A stretch of 64,000 nucleotides of DNA, taken from the NCBI GenBank assembly GCA_026066175.1, contig GCA_026066175.1_4721.2, one strand, 5' to 3'. The stretch is from a phage. The notes under the pieces are model-generated. The model was not told the DNA's origin and ran no database searches. It worked only from the letters and a program-made list of their open reading frames with translations. Made by a program: the position numbers and the translations under genes. Below are positions 1-9,370 of the stretch, in pieces; the stretch's first letter is position 1; each line of letters starts with the position of its first letter.

Positions 1-61
1 ATTGCCTCATTTCTGACTCCTCGTATCGTATCAAGGTAAGGCTTCCTTGCCGTTCCTGGGT

Positions 62-2107
62 TTACCCGTTCATTCCTTTCACGTGATGTGCAATTTCTTC
101 AACCATTGCACGCAAAGCACGGAGCTGTTGATCATGTTCGTACCAACCGCCTAACAGAACCCCGCTATACACCATGGTGTCAAGACTTAACAGCCCTTTA
201 TCTGATACGTTGATCATTTCCGGGAACTGTTCTTGAACACGCTGTGCGATAACACCGATCTTCTCGACATCAGGATCGTAGTTGTGACGGAAACGGGCAA
301 GTCCGGTATACGCCATTTCACGTAAACGATCACTGAAAGATTCCGGATGATCTTTCAGATAACGAATGTCATGTTTACTACGTTCATCCGAGCGAATGTA
401 AGCGTTAGGAACATCGATATTGCTGTTGAAGTACAGCGCACTACCACCGCCTGCAGAGTTCCCCCAATAGAAGCGTGTGATCTCACCGCCACCATTCTCC
501 GTGATGATGACATGTTTACCTAAACGCGTACCACCACTACCATCAACGAAGACCAGTTTGTTTCCGCTGTAAGAACCCCAGAACAAACGTGTATCGATGA
601 TGTGCGTTGCAGCGAGGCGGGCGTTACGTGGTGTAGAATACACGGTGTTAACATCTTGCTGCGCTTGCGCATCGGAAGCGATACCATAGTTCTGTACGTT
701 ACCTAACCCAACCTGCGCTTTCGTAACAGCATGTGGGTTGTCTCGACGGTTAGCGTGAGCGTTAACCAGATCACCCGCTAATTTCTGGATTGCCCAGTTG
801 GTAGACTGTGGCGTCATGTAACGGTTCGTCGCAGAACCACCTTGCGCTTCAGCTTGGTTAGCGGTTGGATAGTTCTCAACGCTTCCCAACCCTACTTGTG
901 CCTTAGACACTTGGTGTGGGTTGTTCTTGTCGGCGATGTGCGCATTAAGCGGAACTAACGCAAAGGTCTCAATGGACGCTTTGGTTGTGTTCGGTGCCAT
1001 TAATCGGTTAGCTGCAACACCGGCACGCGCTTCTTCTTCAGAAGCCATCGGATAGTCTTGCACATTCCCTAACCCAACCTGCGCTTTGGTTACTCTGTGT
1101 GGGTTGTTGTAATCGGCTTTATGTGCATTAAGTGGAATCAATGCGAACTGTTCAATCGCTGCAACAGTGCGTAGCGGCGTCATGAAACGGTTGTTCGCTG
1201 TTCCGGCTTTCGCCTCATCATCCGAAGCGGTCGGGAAGTTATCAACGTTCCCAAGGTTAACCTGTGCTTTGGTGACGCTATGCGGGTTGTCTCGACGGTT
1301 AGCGTGAGCGTCGACTAGATCACCCGCCAGTTTAGCAATCGCCCATCCAACCGTTTGTGCCGTCATGTAACGGTCAGGTGCAGTACCGGCTTCTGCCTCC
1401 GCCTTGTTGGCGGTAGGATAGTTCTGTACATTACCTAGTCCGACTTGGGCTTTTGTTACTTCATGCGGGTTATCGGTACGGTTAGCATGTGCGTAATGCA
1501 GATCGGTAAGGTCTTTATCCGCCGCTTGCATGTCTTTACGTAGCTGATCGATTGCCGCCCAGAGACGGTTATCGGACGCAGCATCACCGATGAGTATTGC
1601 GGCTTTTAACGAATAGATCGCTAAGCAAAGATGTTCGGTACCGTAAATCGCGCTAACGTGGTGGATGTGTGGTTCAGGCGGATAAAGTTCCGGTTTGTTC
1701 TTGATGTCGTCCCAGTTGATCGGACGATCGTCAAGTTTGAGTTCTTCGATAGCCTGATATAACGCGTCAATAAGACTTACGTAAACACCACCGATGATAC
1801 GATAGTCGTTAACTAATGTGCCCTCGATATCATCGTTGATGATGGCGATGGCTGCACAGATTTCTTTACCTGCGTAAAGCGTTGCATCCTGATACAAGAA
1901 AATGGGTTTATAATCCACGCCTCGTACCAGTGTCTTACCGGTAAGCTTTTCGGTGATGACCAAGCTTTCGGTGAAGAACGGTCCGCCATCAAGGGCGTAG
2001 CATTTATTCTCGGTTCGTGGAACGGTATGCTCTTCACCAACGATGTGGTTGCTATCGAGTGTACCGGTCCAGTCCTCGGGGTACTTCAGGGTAATTGGTG
2101 TTGACAT
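62..2107 (-). CDS. tail fibre protein with tandem fibre repeats and C-terminal self-cleaving intramolecular-chaperone-like domain
   Basis: 681-aa ORF with ATG start. About five ~60-aa tandem repeats (H-A-x-N-R-x-D-N-P-H-x-V-T-K-A-Q-V-G-L-G-N-V-x-N-Y ... E-A-x-A-G-T-A-x-x-R-Y-M-T-P) typical of phage tail-fibre repeats. C-terminal ~110 aa contains SDERSK, resembling the Ser/Lys autoproteolytic motif of endosialidase/L-shaped-fibre chaperone domains (peptidase S74 type). Confidence 0.75.
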   Translation of the reverse strand: MSTPITLKYPEDWTGTLDSNHIVGEEHTVPRTENKCYALDGGPFFTESLVITEKLTGKTLVRGVDYKPIFLYQDATLYAGKEICAAIAIINDDIEGTLVNDYRIIGGVYVSLIDALYQAIEELKLDDRPINWDDIKNKPELYPPEPHIHHVSAIYGTEHLCLAIYSLKAAILIGDAASDNRLWAAIDQLRKDMQAADKDLTDLHYAHANRTDNPHEVTKAQVGLGNVQNYPTANKAEAEAGTAPDRYMTAQTVGWAIAKLAGDLVDAHANRRDNPHSVTKAQVNLGNVDNFPTASDDEAKAGTANNRFMTPLRTVAAIEQFALIPLNAHKADYNNPHRVTKAQVGLGNVQDYPMASEEEARAGVAANRLMAPNTTKASIETFALVPLNAHIADKNNPHQVSKAQVGLGSVENYPTANQAEAQGGSATNRYMTPQSTNWAIQKLAGDLVNAHANRRDNPHAVTKAQVGLGNVQNYGIASDAQAQQDVNTVYSTPRNARLAATHIIDTRLFWGSYSGNKLVFVDGSGGTRLGKHVIITENGGGEITRFYWGNSAGGGSALYFNSNIDVPNAYIRSDERSKHDIRYLKDHPESFSDRLREMAYTGLARFRHNYDPDVEKIGVIAQRVQEQFPEMINVSDKGLLSLDTMVYSGVLLGGWYEHDQQLRALRAMVEEIAHHVKGMNG
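670..1525 (-). repeat. in-frame ~180-bp coding tandem repeats inside the fibre gene (diverged copies)
   Basis: Repeated NPHxVTKAQVGLGNVxNY peptide units are visible in the translation; the DNA copies are recognisably related but diverged (for example ...gtgtgggttgt...gcattaagcgg/tgg...). Confidence 0.6.
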
Positions 2108-2120
2108 AACCTGGAGGTCC

Positions 2121-4718
2121 TTATAACGTGACTGTACCTAATTTGGTTGTCTTATTGAGATTAATGACAGATATCTGGGTATCGCTGGTCGTGATGGTGC
2201 CAATATTAACGCGCTGTCCTTTATCATCCTCTTGCTTGTGGATGGTTAACTCCAGCTCTAACTGGTTACCGTTAGGAACAACGGAAACGTACCATGTTTT
2301 ATTACCCGGGAAGCTATTATAGTCTTTTAGGTTATAATGGCCTTTAGGTAAGGTCATGACCTTACCGGCAAACAAGCAAGTGATGTCTTCGTTGACGTAA
2401 ACGTCGAAACCGGAAGAAGCGATGACTGTTGAGGTCATTATTCGAGACGTAACCATATCAGTAATGTAGTCATCGATTGTGGTACCTATGACATTGAATA
2501 CTTGCCCACCGTTACCCATAATGGCCGACTCGCTAGTGTTTACGTAGCCGATACCCCAAGTCGGATGAATGTTCCAGCGGTACCCACTGTTTTGTAAATA
2601 TGTATACATGTCCTCATAGGCCGCATTCACCCAACTACCATCACTTTTTCGTCCAGCCCTAAATTGGAATGTGTTGCCATTTCCAGATGTCCCTCGGCCA
2701 AGCGGGACATGTCCCGCTACTAACCAACCATCCGTACTTTGCATATATGCGAACGAACCGTACGCTCTGTTATCAGCCCAAATATTCACGGTATCAACAC
2801 GCTCAACGTAGGCGATTACCTTTTGTACGCCAGTTATAGCGATTGAACCCTTGCGTGCCGACACATTAACTTCTGCGATTACAACACCCATTTTACGCTG
2901 GCTGCCACTAAACCCCAATACAACCATTAAACACGGTGCGTTTGTTGCTTCAGGAGGGATTGTTATCGATTGTTTCCAGTCAGTGATTCCGTTGAGTTTT
3001 GTTCCAGTGTATGCGTTCCAGACGGTTTGTCCAGCCGATTTCAGATTCTGTTCAGAAATAGAAATGCTATCGCCCTCAGGGATTAACGTGTCGTAATTAA
3101 GACCGGTGTTACTGGATAGACGATTGTCATTTAAGTAAGATCCACTGAGTGTGACGTTATTGTTACGATATATTGTCAAGAATGGCGCAGCCAGAGCGTC
3201 TAATACCGTAAAGTTACTTGATGGCATGAAACCATAGACATCGATACCATTACCGCGATAATGGTAGTTTGTCCAACTACCTTGATAACTTACGGTACGC
3301 CCATCGTAGTGACCTTGTCCAGCGCTACTGCTAGACAACGTGTATATCTTGGTTGCTGATAGAAATGCGAGATACCCATGAGCCGCCAAAGCTCCAACAA
3401 CCCTGTCTTTTATCTTTAACCAAGCTGAAGTATATAACGTACTGTCGGGATTCATTTTGGCTATTTCATCGTAAGCTGTGCCTGCGAAGTTTCCGATAGT
3501 GTACGTACGTATATCCGGCTGTCCGTTATTGTCGTTCTGTACAGCAATTACTTGCCCAGAATCATTGATATCGATATTACCGATACAGTTGTGAGCCCCC
3601 CACACCCAATATCCATCTTTATAATTGGATTCTCCTTGTGTGAATGTTGATGGTCCTCGCCACGCGATGCCGTTCGATTCGGCGTAGTAGGTCGCTTGCC
3701 CCGATCCGGGATTCATGGCGTATTTGTTATTGGTTGGGTCAAAATCGATGTAAAAATGATGCATTCCTTGACGTTGATGATTGTTCTGATCATTTGTCCA
3801 CCACGATGAACCGACCAGAATTCGCGCTTTACCATTTTTTACAGTGGACCATAAACGTATTGCAGCGCGCCAGATGATTTGACCGATCCCGTTAGACGGG
3901 AAACTATTCGCACTTATACGGTTACAGACTATGAGTTCGCTGCTATTGTTTACTTGAGTCCCTTCAATTGTAACACCGTTTATGTTAGTGATCAGTGTTG
4001 CCGATACACTACCCCCTGTAGGGGCGATAGAGGAACGTTGAACGGTGTAAATTTTTAGTGATAATTTATAGCCGTCCCTAACAGCAATCCCAATGTAAAT
4101 AGTCCCGTTAATTTCCCAACAACAAACATCGGGCATCGTTTCTTTGAAATCGGATAAAGCACCATCGATATACATTGCAACGTGTTTACTGGCATCGAAT
4201 GTACCATCCGTTAACGCGATGAACATTTTGGCGTTATTACCGTTGATATCAGCCGCTAATCCGAGTAGTATGTTGTTCTGATGACAGTAGATGGCTTTAG
4301 GTGCTAGATCCAACATAGCCGGTTGGTACTGTCGGCTTGTCGGTATTACGCTAGTAACTGCACCATTTTGATCCGTTTTACAAATAACGTAATATACGCC
4401 ATGTATGATGCTGTTTGTCGCCGACCTTAGTAGGACAATCGTCCCGTCAGATTCACGACATATACCGTAATGACGATAGTCGGTGATTAAGCCGATAGCA
4501 CCATCAGCAGAGCCTTCAATTGCCAGAGGAAAATAACTTTGGTCCCCAACCTGTTCGATATCGGTTACGTCGATATCGATGTATTTTTCCATCTCAGTGT
4601 TGAACTCAGCGGTACTGTAGGCACCGAGATCGCTCGCCTTTAGTCCCGTTGGGTTGTCGCGACTGGCGATACGCGTAGTAACGCTACTCACCAGTTCGCT
4701 GAACTTTTTCATTGCCAT
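2121..4718 (-). CDS. large tail fibre/tailspike-like protein (putative receptor-binding protein)
   Basis: 865-aa ORF inside the fibre cassette. N-terminus (SELVSSVTTRIASRDNPTGLKASDLG) carries the same RDNPxxVTxAQ-type motif as the neighbouring fibre genes, followed by a large non-repetitive domain. SD gaggtg 5 nt upstream of ATG. Confidence 0.55.
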   Translation of the reverse strand: MAMKKFSELVSSVTTRIASRDNPTGLKASDLGAYSTAEFNTEMEKYIDIDVTDIEQVGDQSYFPLAIEGSADGAIGLITDYRHYGICRESDGTIVLLRSATNSIIHGVYYVICKTDQNGAVTSVIPTSRQYQPAMLDLAPKAIYCHQNNILLGLAADINGNNAKMFIALTDGTFDASKHVAMYIDGALSDFKETMPDVCCWEINGTIYIGIAVRDGYKLSLKIYTVQRSSIAPTGGSVSATLITNINGVTIEGTQVNNSSELIVCNRISANSFPSNGIGQIIWRAAIRLWSTVKNGKARILVGSSWWTNDQNNHQRQGMHHFYIDFDPTNNKYAMNPGSGQATYYAESNGIAWRGPSTFTQGESNYKDGYWVWGAHNCIGNIDINDSGQVIAVQNDNNGQPDIRTYTIGNFAGTAYDEIAKMNPDSTLYTSAWLKIKDRVVGALAAHGYLAFLSATKIYTLSSSSAGQGHYDGRTVSYQGSWTNYHYRGNGIDVYGFMPSSNFTVLDALAAPFLTIYRNNNVTLSGSYLNDNRLSSNTGLNYDTLIPEGDSISISEQNLKSAGQTVWNAYTGTKLNGITDWKQSITIPPEATNAPCLMVVLGFSGSQRKMGVVIAEVNVSARKGSIAITGVQKVIAYVERVDTVNIWADNRAYGSFAYMQSTDGWLVAGHVPLGRGTSGNGNTFQFRAGRKSDGSWVNAAYEDMYTYLQNSGYRWNIHPTWGIGYVNTSESAIMGNGGQVFNVIGTTIDDYITDMVTSRIMTSTVIASSGFDVYVNEDITCLFAGKVMTLPKGHYNLKDYNSFPGNKTWYVSVVPNGNQLELELTIHKQEDDKGQRVNIGTITTSDTQISVINLNKTTKLGTVTL

Positions 4719-4730
4719 TATTCACCTCGA

Positions 4731-5216
4731 TTAAATAGGCGAGTCGGGAAGCTGACCATCATCGATCTCGATGGCGGCCACCTTACGTGTTGCAGCAAGA
4801 TGCGATGTACCCTGGACTTTGTTCCAGGTACCGATACGCATGGTGTTTTTGTAGCTGCCATCGCTATCATTCAGCGTGTAAACAAAACCACGATCGGTTA
4901 CGGCAAGATAGATCCAGCCCACAGACTCACTGATACCAGACACATCCAAAGTCGTTGCTGGTACTGTCCCTACCATCGTGTTGTATTCCGCTGTACCTTG
5001 ACCAATGCTGATCTGCCCGTTGCTGTAACTGGCTGCCGGAAGCGTTTTATTTCGGCTGAAGAAAAGAAACGGAAGGTAACGCTGAGTAACAAGCGGTGCA
5101 AGTTTAGGAGCCACTTCGGTCTTAACGTAGACATTTGTTTGTGCTGGCGTTACCTCGTGAGGGTTCTTTTGGGTGAGATACGCTCCCCATTCAGAAAGCA
5201 ATGTTGATAGCTTCAT
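4731..5216 (-). CDS. small fibre-module protein (fibre-associated, function unknown)
   Basis: 161-aa ORF; N-terminus LSEWGAYLTQKNPHEVTPAQTNV shares the fibre N-terminal motif; 4-12 nt intergenic spacing with flanking fibre genes. Confidence 0.5.
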   Translation of the reverse strand: MKLSTLLSEWGAYLTQKNPHEVTPAQTNVYVKTEVAPKLAPLVTQRYLPFLFFSRNKTLPAASYSNGQISIGQGTAEYNTMVGTVPATTLDVSGISESVGWIYLAVTDRGFVYTLNDSDGSYKNTMRIGTWNKVQGTSHLAATRKVAAIEIDDGQLPDSPI

Positions 5217-5220
5217 GCGG

Positions 5221-5736
5221 TTACCCCATGTAACGTTTTTGGCCGAGGATGAAGACTTTGTTGAATACCACTGAAGTGATTCCTGATGCGTTACAGCTCA
5301 CCTGCCCGACACGAATTGCTGTTGATGTATCGACCCCAGCACTACTCTGCCAACTCCAATCAATCGATCCGTCTTTCTGACGAATGAAAAGATAACCGGT
5401 TTTGTTCGCCCAGTCAGAAGTAAGATTTTTGATATCTAGCGTTCCTTTCGCCAGAATATAGTCGGTACCCGCAATCATGACAGGTATTTCAGGATACGAG
5501 ATGGTTGTGCCACTGGTGGTAACACCGCTGATGCGATCGGTACGGGTATCGGTGCAGTCACCAAAGTAAGCAACGGGTAATACCCCTTTGGGAAGCTTTT
5601 GGGCGATTCTTGCATCGACGGCGTTTTTGTCGGGTGCGTCAAGCTGGGCAGCGGTAACCTGATTCGGGTTATCCTTTCTTGCGTACCACGCTGTCATGCG
5701 AGCACCCAGTTCACTCATTTTTGTGCCCATTTTCAC
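5221..5736 (-). CDS. small fibre-module protein (fibre-associated, function unknown)
   Basis: 171-aa ORF; N-terminus MSELGARMTAWYARKDNPNQVTAAQLD shares the fibre N-terminal motif; SD aggatg upstream. Confidence 0.5.
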   Translation of the reverse strand: MKMGTKMSELGARMTAWYARKDNPNQVTAAQLDAPDKNAVDARIAQKLPKGVLPVAYFGDCTDTRTDRISGVTTSGTTISYPEIPVMIAGTDYILAKGTLDIKNLTSDWANKTGYLFIRQKDGSIDWSWQSSAGVDTSTAIRVGQVSCNASGITSVVFNKVFILGQKRYMG

Positions 5737-5740
5737 ATCC

Positions 5741-5782
5741 TATCGAAAAATAAAAAGAAGGAAGGGTGGGTAGAACCCACCC
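5741..5782 (-). terminator. intrinsic terminator downstream of fibre gene 5788..7941
   Basis: Hairpin gggtggg-tagaa-cccaccc (5764-5782) followed on the minus strand by a T-rich tract (plus strand aaaaataaaaagaaggaa, 5745-5763), starting 5 nt after the stop codon. Confidence 0.65.
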
Positions 5783-5787
5783 ATCCG

Positions 5788-7941
5788 TTATAGCGTTTCG
5801 AAGTCTTTTGCCTTGATGACCGACTGGAAGTTCGCCAGGAATTCTTTCAACAACGCTTGGAATACCGTGCGGAACGCTGTATTCTTCTGCAGACTGGTTA
5901 GATAATCGTTAGCGAGATAATCGCTAAGCTTACCGATCTTCTGCATCTTCTGACCGTCGTCGTTCTCTCCGGGTTCTTGGCTGTTAACGTTAGCCCATTT
6001 GATCCCTTCGAGATCGCCATCGGCAAGGAAGTTAGCCGGGGTTTCATCATCGTTCAGGATCTTAATCGTATCGCTGGATTCGATGCCACCGTAAGCTTCC
6101 AGAAGCTGGTTAACCGTCAAGGTATTCGTGTTGATGGAACCATTAGCACCATCGATGCCGATACCCGTACCGGTAATCGTGGTTGCAGAAAGATCAATCG
6201 GACCGGTTAACTTACCACCGCTGATGGGTAACGCACCGACCTGCGCAGCCGTGTGGGTGTGGTTAGCCAATGCCGCAAATGCCGCAATAGACTTGTACGT
6301 CGAATACGGCGTCATGTACGCGGTCTGGTTGGTGTTATCAGCAGCTTGAACGTCGGTTGCAACGCTGAAGTTCTGAACATTCCCTAAACCAACCTGATCC
6401 TTCGTGACTTCGTGTGGGTTCGTTTTATCGACAACGTGTGCTGCAAAACCATCCCCAGCCAAAGCGATAATCGCCGCTTTCGTTGCTGCCGGTGTCATGT
6501 AACGATCTGCCGCTGTACCAGCTTGCGCTTCAGCATCCGATGCAACAGGATAGTTACCAACATTCCCTAATCCGACTTGAGTTTTAGTAACCTCGTGCGG
6601 GTTGTTGGTGTTGGCAATGTGACTGCTGAAACCTTGACCCGCCATTTGTTCGATAGCATAACGAACCAACAGTGGTGTCATGTACTTGTTCGTGACCTGA
6701 CCGTCGATAGCTTCCTGAGTGGTTGCGATACCGAAGTTTTGAACGCTTCCTAATCCCACTTGGGTCTTGGTGACGTTATGCGGGTTGTTGGTATCAGCCA
6801 GGTGTTGTGTTACTGTCGGGGTAATCAATGCAGCAATAGCATCCGCCACCAATGCAGGTGTTACGTATTTGTTCGTTGCCGTACCGGCTTTCGCTTCCGC
6901 GCTCGTTGCGATACCGTAGTTTTGGACTGAACCCAATCCTACCTGTGCCTTCGTAACACCGTGAGGGTTACTCTTGTTTTCGGTATGCGAGGTTAACGAG
7001 GTGTTGAGTGCATCAATACGCGCGCTTAAGCCATCGGTGATTGCTTTGATTGCTGCTTTCACCCCTGCTGGGGTTGTGTACAGGTTGGTTGCTGTTCCGG
7101 TAACAGTTGTAGTGCTGTCAGCAACACCATAGTTCTCAACACTCCCCAACCCTACCTGGGCTTTTGTTACCTTGTGTGGGTTGTTAAGGTTACTGATGTG
7201 TGCAGCAGCGCTATCACCGCTCAGGTTAGCGATCATTTTACGGGTCATCGCTAACGTCATGTACAGGTTTTCACCGATGCCGTCAAGATCGCTTTCGGTA
7301 GCCAGACGGTAGTTTAATACGTTTCCTAGCCCCACCTGCTCTTTCGTCACCCCATGGGGATTGTCACGACGTTTCTCGTGTTGCAGCAATGCGGTCATTG
7401 CTTTATTGAACCCTTCTTCCAGGGGTTCTCTCAATGATTCAATTGCAGCAACCACGTCATCCCACGTCATTGTGTCGGTTTCGACATTATGTTGGTGGTT
7501 GATTGGCGGGAATACGGAAGGAACGTCGGCAACCTTTTCCCAGAACGTCACACGGGGATCGTAAAGGTTGTTGGCTAGAACGTTAAGAATTTGTTGTTGA
7601 TCAAGTGTAAACTCACCCCCCAGTGAATAGTAGTTCAGTTGCAACTGTCCACTGAATGCGGTATCCAACAGCATGATGGAACCGTATAATTCCAGGCCGG
7701 TCAGCGCAGCCATGGCACGGAAGGGGTGAGTGCATAAAAAGTCAACGCCTTCTTCCAGATACGCGTTTGTCTCCGGGTTGTAGATCTTTAACCCATTACG
7801 AAAATATGGCGCGTATTTAGGAACGAGAAAGTTAAATCCGGTCCCCGTGGAAGGACGGACAGTGACGAGTTCTTCTGGAACCCATGCGCCATCCAAATTC
7901 CCCTGCGGGTTATACGGAAGGCGTTTAATTTCATCTGTCAT
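5788..7941 (-). CDS. tail fibre protein with tandem fibre repeats
   Basis: 717-aa ORF; at least six copies of the NPHxVTKxQVGLGxVxN(Y/F)...AGTAxxxYxTP repeat. Its N-terminal ~170-aa domain is related to that of 62..2107, and it has a distinct C-terminal domain (HTHTAAQVGALPISGG...). SD-like aaaggg upstream. Confidence 0.75.
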   Translation of the reverse strand: MTDEIKRLPYNPQGNLDGAWVPEELVTVRPSTGTGFNFLVPKYAPYFRNGLKIYNPETNAYLEEGVDFLCTHPFRAMAALTGLELYGSIMLLDTAFSGQLQLNYYSLGGEFTLDQQQILNVLANNLYDPRVTFWEKVADVPSVFPPINHQHNVETDTMTWDDVVAAIESLREPLEEGFNKAMTALLQHEKRRDNPHGVTKEQVGLGNVLNYRLATESDLDGIGENLYMTLAMTRKMIANLSGDSAAAHISNLNNPHKVTKAQVGLGSVENYGVADSTTTVTGTATNLYTTPAGVKAAIKAITDGLSARIDALNTSLTSHTENKSNPHGVTKAQVGLGSVQNYGIATSAEAKAGTATNKYVTPALVADAIAALITPTVTQHLADTNNPHNVTKTQVGLGSVQNFGIATTQEAIDGQVTNKYMTPLLVRYAIEQMAGQGFSSHIANTNNPHEVTKTQVGLGNVGNYPVASDAEAQAGTAADRYMTPAATKAAIIALAGDGFAAHVVDKTNPHEVTKDQVGLGNVQNFSVATDVQAADNTNQTAYMTPYSTYKSIAAFAALANHTHTAAQVGALPISGGKLTGPIDLSATTITGTGIGIDGANGSINTNTLTVNQLLEAYGGIESSDTIKILNDDETPANFLADGDLEGIKWANVNSQEPGENDDGQKMQKIGKLSDYLANDYLTSLQKNTAFRTVFQALLKEFLANFQSVIKAKDFETL
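6339..7389 (-). repeat. in-frame coding tandem repeats inside the fibre gene
   Basis: Repeated ~45-60-aa units are visible in the translation of 5788..7941. Confidence 0.6.
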
Positions 7942-7973
7942 GATGCGCCCTTTACAAGTTGTTAGTAAGTGTG

Positions 7974-7991
7974 GGATACCCTGGGGTATCC
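7974..7991. promoter_or_regulatory. 18-bp near-perfect palindrome GGATACCC-TG-GGGTATCC in a divergent intergenic region
   Basis: 8-bp arms that are exact reverse complements, separated by 2 nt, located between the divergent starts at 7941 (minus) and 8046 (plus). Candidate operator or bidirectional regulatory hairpin. Confidence 0.4.
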
Positions 7992-8045
7992 TGTGTTAAC
8001 AGCGGTAAAATATTACTGTAACTATAAAATAAGGGGGCCTCTCCC

Positions 8046-9323
8046 ATGTATACATTGGTAAAAACTTACGGATTACCCGTAGGTTCCGGCACGGCCTGGA
8101 CAGCACTTGAAGCGGGTGAAAGCGTCCTGAGCACGTTGTTCGCAACGTATCAAAAACTCAAGATCCAGGTCCATGAAAGCTATACTGACCAGCAACAGGT
8201 TATCGATCTTTATACGTTTCAATCCGAGCTTCAAAACAGCAGCGATACGCTTAATGCTTGGCTGAAAGCGAAGTCGGATGCCCACACCAACCTTCGTGGT
8301 CAACCGGGTGAACTCTCGATTAAAGCCCACAAGCTTTATTGTCACGACGTTATCACGGTAGGCTTTCTTCCTAAAGTCGGTAATAGCGGCTATCATCCAA
8401 GCAACGCGATTCCTGAATCGGAACGTACCGATATTCTCCTAACAAAAGCAAACACGAATTACGAGAACATCGGCAAGCACTGCTTGTTCACGGTAGGGGG
8501 TTACGTACACCCTCACGTTTACGGTAAGGATGTTGGTGTCTATATCCAAGGCGGATTCAAGACAGCCCAACGCAGCCAGGAAAACGATATCGGGATGATC
8601 GATTTCAGCCGTATCGGAAGTTTGGAGATTCATGCGATCACAGAAGACATGATTGCGGATTCCACGAAGCTTTTACCGTACAAAGATGAGATGTATTTAC
8701 GCTTACCCCGTAAAGTTGCGGAAGATGAAACGGTTGCATTGGTGTTCGGAGGCTACTTACATCTCCTCGACGACTGTTACACGATCGTTAGCGATACGAC
8801 AGCAAAAATAAACTGCATCAACATGTTCTTGTACGAAAGGTATTTTCGTTCCCGTGAGTATCTTGACTTAACCTCCCTCGGTATTCTCTTGGACGAAGAA
8901 AACCCACAATCGGATATTGTTGCGAACCGTTTGCTGTCCGATAAAGCCTTGAAAGCCTGGGTGACCCATCCTTGCAGCTTTTGGGTTTATATCAAAGCAA
9001 CCTCGATTCAAGTTACGCAAGAACCGTTACCGCGCAGTGGCGTACCAGGACAGTATTTCTTAGGTAAGAAACCGGAAGGATTAATTCGCGCGGATCTTGG
9101 AGAACTGCCCGCGTACGTACAGACTTACGAGAAACCATTATGGGTACTTCATTCACGATGGGGACTTCGTAAGAACATGCTGTTTGAAAACACGTTATAC
9201 AAACACACACGTGTTAAACGCCTCAATGATACACCGTATCTCCATCAGGTGTGGTTGGAAACGCATGCGACGTTACAAACCGTACACAAGCTGGAACTGA
9301 TCGATTCCAGTCAGAAAAAATAA
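8046..9323 (+). CDS. hypothetical protein
   Basis: 425-aa ORF on the plus strand; SD aaggggg 5-6 nt before ATG; tataaaat box about 20 nt upstream; ends 16 nt before hairpin element copy 1. Confidence 0.7.
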   Translation: MYTLVKTYGLPVGSGTAWTALEAGESVLSTLFATYQKLKIQVHESYTDQQQVIDLYTFQSELQNSSDTLNAWLKAKSDAHTNLRGQPGELSIKAHKLYCHDVITVGFLPKVGNSGYHPSNAIPESERTDILLTKANTNYENIGKHCLFTVGGYVHPHVYGKDVGVYIQGGFKTAQRSQENDIGMIDFSRIGSLEIHAITEDMIADSTKLLPYKDEMYLRLPRKVAEDETVALVFGGYLHLLDDCYTIVSDTTAKINCINMFLYERYFRSREYLDLTSLGILLDEENPQSDIVANRLLSDKALKAWVTHPCSFWVYIKATSIQVTQEPLPRSGVPGQYFLGKKPEGLIRADLGELPAYVQTYEKPLWVLHSRWGLRKNMLFENTLYKHTRVKRLNDTPYLHQVWLETHATLQTVHKLELIDSSQKK

Positions 9324-9338
9324 ACAAGACAAACATAA

Positions 9339-9370
9339 CCCTCCTCCAACCCGTAAGGGAAGGAGGAGGG
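9339..9370. terminator. conserved GNRA-capped hairpin element, copy 1 (bidirectional terminator candidate)
   Basis: ccctcctcc-aa-ccc-gtaa-ggg-aa-ggaggaggg with cataa/catatg flanks, between convergent genes (stops at 9323 and 9380). Confidence 0.6.

Noticed and set aside
62-7941. Diversity-generating retroelement acting on the repeat-rich tail fibres
   Set aside because: No reverse-transcriptase-like ORF (no YxDD motif) was found in the window, and the DNA repeats are diverged in-frame structural repeats rather than a template/variable repeat pair with adenine-specific differences.
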